Below are positions 1-6,385 of a DNA stretch of 24,558 bases, piece by piece (within the stretch, counting starts at the first letter, position 1; each line of letters opens with the position of its first letter). The notes under the pieces were generated by a model. That model saw only the letters and a list, made by a program, of their open reading frames with translations, was not told where the DNA came from and made no database searches. The DNA is from a virus. Taxonomy: Duplodnaviria > Caudoviricetes. The stretch covers positions 1 through 24,558 of the IMG/VR virus record IMGVR_UViG_3300027759_000402. One strand, written 5' to 3'. The position numbers were made by a program, and so were the translations under genes.

Positions 1-2
1 TG

Positions 3-959
3 GTAGATCCGTTAACTGAAAGCGCCTTATTAGATGCACTACCGAAAATAGGCACACGAAAAACAGGCTTGGTGTTTTGCATCACAGTAGAACACGCCAA
101 CCATGTCAGTGCTTATTTAAATGAGTTGGGCATTAGTTGTGCGGTGATTTCAGGCCAGACCAAACGAGCTGAACGTGATTTTTTACTGGATGCGTTAAAG
201 AAAGGCGAGATTCGTTGTTTGGCTAATGTCAATTGCTTAACGACAGGGGTTGACGTTCCCAACATTGATTTTTTAATCATGTTAAGACCGACGCAATCAC
301 CTGGGCTTTATGTGCAAATGGGTGGACGGGGTATGCGTTTAGCTGAGTCAAAGTTTGATTGCTTGGTGTTGGATTATGCAGGGAATATAAACCGGCATGG
401 ACCGATTGATGCCATTACCGTTAGAGAGAAAAAAACTAAAGGTGATGACGGAGAAGCACCCGTTAAATCTTGCCCTGAATGTGAAAGCATTGTTCATGCT
501 GCCCGTCGTGAATGTCCTGACTGTGGTTATGAGTTTCCACCACCCGCCTTTAAGGTTGAAAAGACCGCCAGTCGGGAGGCTATCTTAACCCAAGATTATG
601 AACCAGAGTGGCGAGCAATTAGCCGGGTAACTTATGCCAGAAATGCAGGCAGAGACGGAAAGCTGGACACTATGCGCGTTGATTATTGGGATGATGATGG
701 TTTGTTTCCTATTCGGGTTGCCAGTGAGTTTGTGTGTGTGTTTCATCCAATGGGGTTTCCAAGAGAGATGGCGTTAAGGTGGTTAGCAAATAGATGTATT
801 CCTTTTGATGATGATGTAATGGAATTATTGTTAACTGGAAATATTGAAAGGCGAGATTCTAAAAAACCAAAAGAACCCTCACGCTTACTCCTAGACACAC
901 GCGGCAAGTTTGCAAAGATACTCGATTATGACTTTAGTCAGTTAGAGGAAGCAGCATGA
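3..959 (+). CDS. SF2 DEAD/DEAH-box helicase, C-terminal part with Zn finger (RadD/YejH-like phage helicase); 5'-truncated by window edge
   Basis: Frame is open back to position 3. Helicase C motifs (VFCITVEHA, LTTGVDVPNID, LRPTQSPGLYVQMGGRGMR) are followed by CPEC..CPDC. Confidence 0.9.
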   Translation, partial: VDPLTESALLDALPKIGTRKTGLVFCITVEHANHVSAYLNELGISCAVISGQTKRAERDFLLDALKKGEIRCLANVNCLTTGVDVPNIDFLIMLRPTQSPGLYVQMGGRGMRLAESKFDCLVLDYAGNINRHGPIDAITVREKKTKGDDGEAPVKSCPECESIVHAARRECPDCGYEFPPPAFKVEKTASREAILTQDYEPEWRAISRVTYARNAGRDGKLDTMRVDYWDDDGLFPIRVASEFVCVFHPMGFPREMALRWLANRCIPFDDDVMELLLTGNIERRDSKKPKEPSRLLLDTRGKFAKILDYDFSQLEEAA

Positions 960-1348
960 CACCCGTTGATTATGTAAAACGCTTTACGGCTGTATGTAAT
1001 CAATACAGCCATCAACCATCAATTGTATGGGCGCATTGTGGTGAAGAAGAACACCAGGTGCTTTGTGATAATGAGGGTGAAGAATGGGATTGGTTTGAAA
1101 TATGCCTAACCTTATGGCAACGACCAACAATGGTATGGGATCAGGTTAATACTGCTTTACCAGCTATTAGTTGTGAGAGTTGTTGCCACTATACAAAATA
1201 TCGCATTAAACATACCAAGGCGGAAATTCTTCTTCAAACATGGGAACAGCGCAACAAAAGAACTCACGAGGAATGGTGCGATAAGCATAACAAAGCCATA
1301 CCCGTTACATTTAACAAAAATAATGCCTGTAAAGGATGGAATTTATGA
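956..1348 (+). CDS. Hypothetical phage protein (Cys/Trp-rich)
   Basis: ATGA overlap with the helicase stop, GAGGA RBS upstream, operon context. Confidence 0.7.
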   Translation: MTPVDYVKRFTAVCNQYSHQPSIVWAHCGEEEHQVLCDNEGEEWDWFEICLTLWQRPTMVWDQVNTALPAISCESCCHYTKYRIKHTKAEILLQTWEQRNKRTHEEWCDKHNKAIPVTFNKNNACKGWNL

Positions 1349-1830
1349 ATACATCGCTCTATGAACTGACGACCAGTTATATGCAAGCACTGGATTTTTT
1401 AACAGATCCAGAAAACGAAATAGATCAACAAACCGCTATTGATACGATAGAAAGCCTTGACGGAACAATCGACGACAAGATGCTGAACTTAGGGCGCTTC
1501 ATCACTAGCATTGAAGCCCAAGCAGATGCTATCGAAGCCGTTGAAAAACGTCAACGAGCTAGACGTCTATATCTTGTTAAAAAAGCTGTTTGGTTGCGTG
1601 ACTATTTAAACGATGCCATGACGACAACAGGCAAGAACAAATTATCAGCTAATGATATTGCTATCTCCTTAGCTAAGTTGCCTGTTTCTGTTCAAGTAGA
1701 TGATGAAAGCTTGATCCCTGATGAGTTTTGGAAAATTGAACGCAGTATCGACAAACAACTGATTAAGACATTAGGTGGTTGTGAGGGTGTTCGTATTGAA
1801 AGCAAAGGATTTAGGGTGGCTATAAGATGA
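1345..1830 (+). CDS. Siphovirus Gp157-family protein
   Basis: N-terminal SLYELT..Y, IDTIESL, coiled-coil IEAQADAIEAVEKRQRAR, IPDEFW..IDK motif. Start taken at ATG 1345 (ATGA overlap). Confidence 0.85.
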   Translation: MNTSLYELTTSYMQALDFLTDPENEIDQQTAIDTIESLDGTIDDKMLNLGRFITSIEAQADAIEAVEKRQRARRLYLVKKAVWLRDYLNDAMTTTGKNKLSANDIAISLAKLPVSVQVDDESLIPDEFWKIERSIDKQLIKTLGGCEGVRIESKGFRVAIR

Positions 1831-2189
1831 ACCATTTAATAAATCGCAAAGAAATAGCACAACTGATGGGCGTATCGACAAATCAAGTGGGTGTAATGGA
1901 TGATAGGGGGTTACTCCCCTGTGGTCCGGCTGATTATGTCGATCCTAAAGAAATGTGCCGGGGTAAGCCATCAAAGTTTTACGACCGCGAAATCATGCTG
2001 GACTGGATTGAACGACGCAAAACGGCAAAGTATAAAGTTATTTCTGAAAAGCCCGGCATCAGTTTTAAGCAAGTATTTTCAGGGCAGTTTGAACGTAGAG
2101 AATTGAAGAACCGATGGGGATTGAAAAAGTTGTGCGCTAAACATAGCAACGCGAAAACCGTCACTGTTCAAGTTATAGGGGAATGGTAA
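1827..2189 (+). CDS. HTH DNA-binding protein (AlpA/MerR-like N-terminus)
   Basis: LINRKEIAQLMGVSTNQV...GLLP and FYDREIMLDW pattern; ATGA-coupled. Confidence 0.6.
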   Translation: MNHLINRKEIAQLMGVSTNQVGVMDDRGLLPCGPADYVDPKEMCRGKPSKFYDREIMLDWIERRKTAKYKVISEKPGISFKQVFSGQFERRELKNRWGLKKLCAKHSNAKTVTVQVIGEW

Positions 2190-2348
2190 GTGAAATCATA
2201 TAACGGACACGTTAGCCTAAACCGAGTGCGTAAAGTGAAATGTCCTAAATGTAACGGCATATTTACCACAACAATCAGGATGCGTAAGTATTGCGAACCG
2301 TGTAGTCCTGCCAGAATGACAGACCCTAGTTTTGCGGTGACTTTATGA
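2190..2348 (+). CDS. Small Zn-finger protein (52 aa), not in ORF track
   Basis: GTG directly after the upstream stop. Translates MKSYNGHVSLNRVRKVKCPKCNGIFTTTIRMRKYCEPCSPARMTDPSFAVTL with CxxC..CxxC. Its stop overlaps the next ATG. Confidence 0.7.
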   Translation: MKSYNGHVSLNRVRKVKCPKCNGIFTTTIRMRKYCEPCSPARMTDPSFAVTL

Positions 2349-2509
2349 AACTCTACGACTTGCCCCGCAATACGTTATTTAAAATTGTTGGCGATAAATC
2401 AAACACGATCCTGAGACTTGAAAGAATCGACGGCATGTTCTCGGTGTGTTGGGATGAACATGGCGAAGTTGTCCACATAGCAGCTAGTGCGGAAGTGGAG
2501 GCTTTATGA
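2345..2509 (+). CDS. Small conserved phage hypothetical protein (54 aa), not in ORF track
   Basis: MKLYDLPRNTLFKIVGDKSNTILRLERIDGMFSVCWDEHGEVVHIAASAEVEAL; ATGA overlaps at both ends. Confidence 0.75.
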   Translation: MKLYDLPRNTLFKIVGDKSNTILRLERIDGMFSVCWDEHGEVVHIAASAEVEAL

Positions 2510-2886
2510 GTAAAGAAAGAGAGTTACTTGAAGAATTATCAAACAAGGACATGGTTAACTACTACTACCCAGAACTAATAAATAGGATTAAAGAACTACT
2601 CGCACAACCTGAACCTGAGCCTGTTGCTTGGTGCATTGAATCAAAAAATTCTGCTGACTGGTGTTTTGCTAAGGATAAAATTGGTGTTATTGAAAACGAA
2701 AAGTTACTTGATGAAGATTGCGACAGAAGCGATCCATTCCCACTATACACATCACCACTGACCCGTGAGCCTTTGAGCAACATTGTTATAAGAGAATTCG
2801 CAAATCCTGAGTATATTGTCTGTAATGCCGCTTTTATATCAGGTGTTAGATGGGCAGAACAGCAACACGGTATTGGAGATGAGTAA
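2506..2886 (+). CDS. Hypothetical phage early protein (QPEPEPVAW / YTSP..REPLS / HGIG modules)
   Basis: GGAGG RBS, ATGA overlap, modular motifs common in small phage early proteins. Confidence 0.8.
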   Translation: MSKERELLEELSNKDMVNYYYPELINRIKELLAQPEPEPVAWCIESKNSADWCFAKDKIGVIENEKLLDEDCDRSDPFPLYTSPLTREPLSNIVIREFANPEYIVCNAAFISGVRWAEQQHGIGDE

Positions 2887-3047
2887 TGAAAAACGTTAGA
2901 GTGTATATAGAACAAATCCCAGAGCATTTTGACTCTGAATTAAGCATCACTATTACTTGTAAAAAATCAGAAAGACCAGAAGCTCAAGCAATCGTAGATT
3001 ACTTAAGTAGCATAATTAATATTACATTTAAAAGAGGTCCACAATGA
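2886..3047 (+). CDS. Small hypothetical protein (53 aa), not in ORF track
   Basis: TAATG overlap and GGAG RBS; MKNVRVYIEQIPEHFDSELSITITCKKSERPEAQAIVDYLSSIINITFKRGPQ. Confidence 0.6.
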   Translation: MKNVRVYIEQIPEHFDSELSITITCKKSERPEAQAIVDYLSSIINITFKRGPQ

Positions 3048-3135
3048 TTGAAGATGACGACTATGAGTAGCGAAAATATAGTATGTGGTTCCTTATTGTT
3101 TATATCCATTATTCTTTTTTTGTGTTGAGGTGATT

Positions 3136-3441
3136 ATGAGTAAAGACAAACCCGCTCCTTATGATATGAGCATACACAGCAACTCAAGTGCATTGGCTTG
3201 GACAAAGTTTTTTAGAGAGTGTAATCCAGAATGTAATTTAAATGATGAGGTTATGTTGGGATGGTTCGCAAATGCGATGATGGCGATGCACGATCATATT
3301 TACCAAACATCACCACCAAAACGTGAGCCTTTGAGTGATACTGAAATATTTGATTTATGGATAGTTAGCAGTGTTAAACACATTTATGATTTAGTACGTT
3401 CAGTTGAGAAAGTACATGGTATTGGAGTAGATAATGGATAA
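3136..3441 (+). CDS. Hypothetical phage early protein sharing its C-terminal module with 2506..2886
   Basis: GAGGTG RBS before ATG 3136 (preferred over GTG 3085); TSPPKREPLS..HGIG motif. Confidence 0.75.
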   Translation: MSKDKPAPYDMSIHSNSSALAWTKFFRECNPECNLNDEVMLGWFANAMMAMHDHIYQTSPPKREPLSDTEIFDLWIVSSVKHIYDLVRSVEKVHGIGVDNG

Positions 3442-3646
3442 CTTAACACTACGCGACCACTTTGCAGGGTTGGCTATGCAGGGCTTGTTGGCAAGTCCTG
3501 TGATGGGAGACTGTGCATTACATGATTCAGCCGCTGAGTGGGTAAAAGTGATGAGTAAAGGTGCTTATGATTTTGCTGACGCAATGATTAAAGAACGTAA
3601 TAAGCACATGAAAGAACGCCATGAAACATTTGGGGAGGAAGTATGA
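3434..3646 (+). CDS. Conserved small phage protein (LRDxFAxxAMQG family)
   Basis: LTLRDHFAGLAMQGLLA...AYDFADAMIKER motif; GGAG RBS. Confidence 0.8.
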   Translation: MDNLTLRDHFAGLAMQGLLASPVMGDCALHDSAAEWVKVMSKGAYDFADAMIKERNKHMKERHETFGEEV

Positions 3647-3972
3647 CAATGCCTAGAGTTATTCGAATGAGTCAAGCACCTGCCTATCTTGGCATGTCCA
3701 TTCCACATTTTAATGCTCATGTCAGGCCGTATTTAGTTGAAGTTAGAGATGCACATAGCATGATTAGTTTTGACCGGCTTGACTTGGATGCTTGGTGGGA
3801 ACAACATAAACAGGCTAACGGAAAGCCAGCAAAGGAGAATCAATCATGGCAAAAAGAACCCCAGGTCTACGAAAGCAAGGCGAAATCTGGCACGTTGACA
3901 AAGTTATCGGCGGTGTCAACATACGACAAAGCACGGGAGAGAAGGAGCTTGATCAAGCAGAACGCTATTTAG
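3643..3972 (+). CDS. Putative excisionase / recombination directionality factor (winged-helix)
   Basis: PRVIRMSQAPAYLGMS..F...FDRLDLDAW pattern; directly upstream of and overlapping the integrase; GGAGG RBS. Confidence 0.7.
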   Translation: MTMPRVIRMSQAPAYLGMSIPHFNAHVRPYLVEVRDAHSMISFDRLDLDAWWEQHKQANGKPAKENQSWQKEPQVYESKAKSGTLTKLSAVSTYDKARERRSLIKQNAI

Positions 3973-4910
3973 CAAGGCTTATTGAGCAATATAGAAAAGT
4001 AAAAGTATATGGTGAAAAGATTGACCGACCCTTTGAGATAGCGGCAGCTCGCTACCTTGATGAGTACGGTCACAAAACATCACTGGATAGAGACATCATT
4101 AGTTTAGATAAAATCATGCCTTACATTGGGCATATTGAATTATCTAAGATTCACTCCGGTGTGTTTGATGTCTTTATCAGTGATCGAAAGAAAGCTGGGA
4201 TAAGTGCAGGCACATTAAATCGTGATATGGCCTCTGTCAGGCGAGTGCTAAAACTGTCAGCAGCAAAGTGGCGTGATGAGAATGGGAAGCCTTGGCTTGA
4301 TAATGTACCCATGATGCCTTTAGTTGATGGCATTGAGAGAAAACCAAGACCGATCAGTTGGACTGAGCAGGAACTATTATTAAAAGAGCTGCCAGGCTAC
4401 TTGTCAGAAATGGTGTTATTTGCACTCAATACCGGCTTGAGAGATCAAGAAATCTGTGGCATGAAATGGGCCGATGAATGTAAGGTCAGCGGTCTTGATA
4501 CGACCGTCTTCATTATTGATGAAACCCGAACCAAGAATAACCGAGAACGTATTGTGCCATTAAACTCTGTTGCTCGATCAATCGTTGCAGCAAAGCGTAA
4601 TAATAAATCTGAATACGTTTTTGACTTCGAAGGTAGAAAGCTGGACAGAATGACAAATCGTGCTTGGCGTAAAGCGAGAGAAACAATTGGCCTTACTTTG
4701 GTTAGGGTGCATGATCTTCGCCATACGTTTGGAATGAGATTAAGAGCGGCTGGTGTTGGTTTTGAGGATCGACAGGATTTGTTAGGGCATCATGCTGGAA
4801 GAATCACTACGCATTATTCGAAAGTTGAGATTGCTCGATTAATAGATTGTGTTGAATTGCTTTGTGAAGCCAGAAAACCAGAATTAACATTAATCAGGAG
4901 AGTTATATGA
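3846..4910 (+). CDS. int: Tyrosine recombinase / phage integrase
   Basis: Catalytic motifs TGLR, TKN, HDLRH, LLGH, TTHY; AAGGAG RBS; attP lies downstream. Confidence 0.95.
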   Translation: MAKRTPGLRKQGEIWHVDKVIGGVNIRQSTGEKELDQAERYLARLIEQYRKVKVYGEKIDRPFEIAAARYLDEYGHKTSLDRDIISLDKIMPYIGHIELSKIHSGVFDVFISDRKKAGISAGTLNRDMASVRRVLKLSAAKWRDENGKPWLDNVPMMPLVDGIERKPRPISWTEQELLLKELPGYLSEMVLFALNTGLRDQEICGMKWADECKVSGLDTTVFIIDETRTKNNRERIVPLNSVARSIVAAKRNNKSEYVFDFEGRKLDRMTNRAWRKARETIGLTLVRVHDLRHTFGMRLRAAGVGFEDRQDLLGHHAGRITTHYSKVEIARLIDCVELLCEARKPELTLIRRVI

Positions 4911-5215
4911 GTTGTATTTCGTGCGCTCATTTTTATGCAAAGAATTATGAAAAGAAAGATGGTAATTGCTGTTTATATCCAGAGCATATTATTGTTTCAA
5001 GAGAGCATTATTGTGGGCAAATTGTAATGAGGCCAACATGGTCATCAACAATGGAATCAATATCACCTATACGAGACGCTCAGAATGATAGGAACAGATA
5101 TTGGGATATGTACAACAAAGAAAGAGACGCAAGACTTTTATTGGAGAAAAAAATTAAAACACTAAAGAGTGATATAAAAATCAAGCCCGCTAAAATCCCG
5201 TTAGTGCTTTTATGA
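4907..5215 (+). CDS. Hypothetical Cys-rich protein with C-terminal coiled coil
   Basis: AGGAG RBS, ATGA overlap with int, CxxC..CC..C pattern. Confidence 0.7.
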   Translation: MSCISCAHFYAKNYEKKDGNCCLYPEHIIVSREHYCGQIVMRPTWSSTMESISPIRDAQNDRNRYWDMYNKERDARLLLEKKIKTLKSDIKIKPAKIPLVLL

Positions 5216-5220
5216 CGGGC

Positions 5221-5264
5221 ATAAAAAAAGAGGTCTCCGTCAAAGATAACCTCTTGTTTTTTAT
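5221..5264. terminator. Bidirectional intrinsic terminator
   Basis: A-tract, AAGAGGT...ACCTCTT stem, T-tract. Lies between the converging early and late units and just past the tRNA CCA end on the - strand. Confidence 0.8.
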
Positions 5265-5274
5265 TCGGTCTTTG

Positions 5275-5319
5275 TGGTGGGTCGTGCGCGATTCGAACGC
5301 GCGACCATCGCATTAAAAG
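5275..5319 (-). other. attP core: 3' half of tRNA-Lys(TTT), anticodon loop to CCA; not a complete tRNA
   Basis: Minus strand CTTTTAA TGCGA TGGTC GCGCG TTCGAAT CGCGC ACGACCC ACCA gives the anticodon loop, T-arm and the acceptor 3' strand typical of gammaproteobacterial tRNA-Lys. No D-arm or 5' acceptor strand upstream. Confidence 0.92.
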
Positions 5320-5347
5320 AGCAATATTTTAAATACAAATTGTTATA

Positions 5348-5360
5348 AATCAATAACTTA
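5348..5360 (+). promoter_or_regulatory. IHF binding site
   Basis: AATCAATAACTTA is an exact WATCAANNNNTTR match, with an AT-rich upstream tract, between att core and arm repeat. Confidence 0.8.
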
Positions 5361-5462
5361 ACTTTTATCTTTCCGTTAGCAACCCCAATAGATACAAGTA
5401 CAGTTACTATTAAAACCGTTAAAATCCCGTAAGCATTTCAGCCATTAAAACTACGCTATATA

Positions 5463-5528
5463 TTAAAGAGTAGCCGCAGCAATAAACATATCATCAATCT
5501 CTGCTGCTGTTTTTCCCAAAGCCGCTAA
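5463..5528 (-). pseudogene. C-terminal remnant of a small fibre-associated phage gene
   Basis: Reads LAALGKTAAEIDDMFIAAATL* starting at the stop of 5525..6385. Resembles the ALGLTxxQIDxLFxxAAxL C-terminus I recall from small proteins encoded after tail fibre genes. Confidence 0.6.
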
Positions 5529-6385
5529 GCCAACCCCTCGATCGTCAAGCTGCATGTGCTATAGTCTGGATAAGCGACGTTAACAGCGAAATCTTTGTAA
5601 ACACCGTAAACAGCTAAAACGCCATAATTGTCGTCACCAACCCAAACTACGGGCGTAGTGCGAATAGCGGCTAGGTAGGAAAATACTTTATCAACGTTAG
5701 TGTTTGGTATCATTAAATTTACTGACAAGCGCTTCGAATAAACACGCTGCAATAATGTAGTATTTCCATAAATATCAGTTGACTGTGTCGAGTAGTCGTT
5801 AATACTAGCCGATGCCCCGTATTGAGTGTCTCCAATGTTTGTTTGTTTGCCCCAAAAACATGTCCCTATTTTTATCGATGTTCCGGCTAGCGTTACCGTT
5901 ATCGTCCATAATCCAGAAGGAATATCAATTAAAACCAAATCGGTTTTCAATGTCATATCAACCGTTTTTGAATAAACATTGACACTTAAAGCATTAACAG
6001 CATTAACGGTAATTGACGTTGTCCCCGTTACGTTTAAAAAAACTATGCTATCAACAACATCACCAGTAATAACAAAACTACCTGATGTACCAAAATTTGA
6101 CTGAGTTGCCGCACTAAAATCTAACATTTTATAGCGATCTGCTGCCCCGTCGCAACGCCAAAGGTCAGCCCGAGTGCTAGGTAGAACCACCGAAGATGGC
6201 GCTATACAAGTGTAAATCTTATCGGCTTCGGTTACTCTGCTCCCTATCGCATAAGATGTTGTCGACACAAAAACTGGATAAATGGCATCTGGAAAAGCTA
6301 TAGAGCTCGATGTTACACGCCCATAAAGAGCGTTATTTAATACGCCGATATTCCAATATATTCGTGTGTTTCTAATCACTTTCAT
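5525..6385 (-). CDS. Distal-tail-like minor tail protein with a small carbohydrate-binding-like insert
   Basis: Immediately follows the tape measure gene (ATGA). Beta-rich; motifs INDYS..TDIYGN..LLQR, VYGVYKDF, CSLTIEGL; TSYAIGSRV...YTC resembles CBM5/12-type repeats. Confidence 0.7.
   Translation of the reverse strand: MKVIRNTRIYWNIGVLNNALYGRVTSSSIAFPDAIYPVFVSTTSYAIGSRVTEADKIYTCIAPSSVVLPSTRADLWRCDGAADRYKMLDFSAATQSNFGTSGSFVITGDVVDSIVFLNVTGTTSITVNAVNALSVNVYSKTVDMTLKTDLVLIDIPSGLWTITVTLAGTSIKIGTCFWGKQTNIGDTQYGASASINDYSTQSTDIYGNTTLLQRVYSKRLSVNLMIPNTNVDKVFSYLAAIRTTPVVWVGDDNYGVLAVYGVYKDFAVNVAYPDYSTCSLTIEGLA

Larger units (their letters stand above)
5187..5433. promoter_or_regulatory. attP region with candidate integrase arm-type repeats
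   Basis: CCGCTAAAATCCCGTTAG (5187-5204) and CCGTTAAAATCCCGTAAG (5416-5433) match at 16/18 and flank the tRNA core; single CCGTTAG-like copies at about 5372 and 5236. Confidence 0.75.

Noticed and set aside
2565-2927. 120-aa minus-strand ORF
   Set aside because: Antisense to a tightly coupled plus-strand operon.
5080-5313. 77-aa minus-strand ORF with hydrophobic stretch
   Set aside because: Overlaps the tRNA half, the terminator and the antisense of a Lys-rich gene; no RBS; likely a shadow ORF.
5275-5350. Complete phage-encoded tRNA-Lys
   Set aside because: Similarity stops at the anticodon loop; no D-arm or 5' acceptor strand. It is an att core.
5463-5545. Programmed frameshift extending the distal tail protein into the remnant peptide
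   Set aside because: GAG GGG TTG near the stop is not a canonical X XXY YYZ heptamer; a deletion scar is the simpler explanation.
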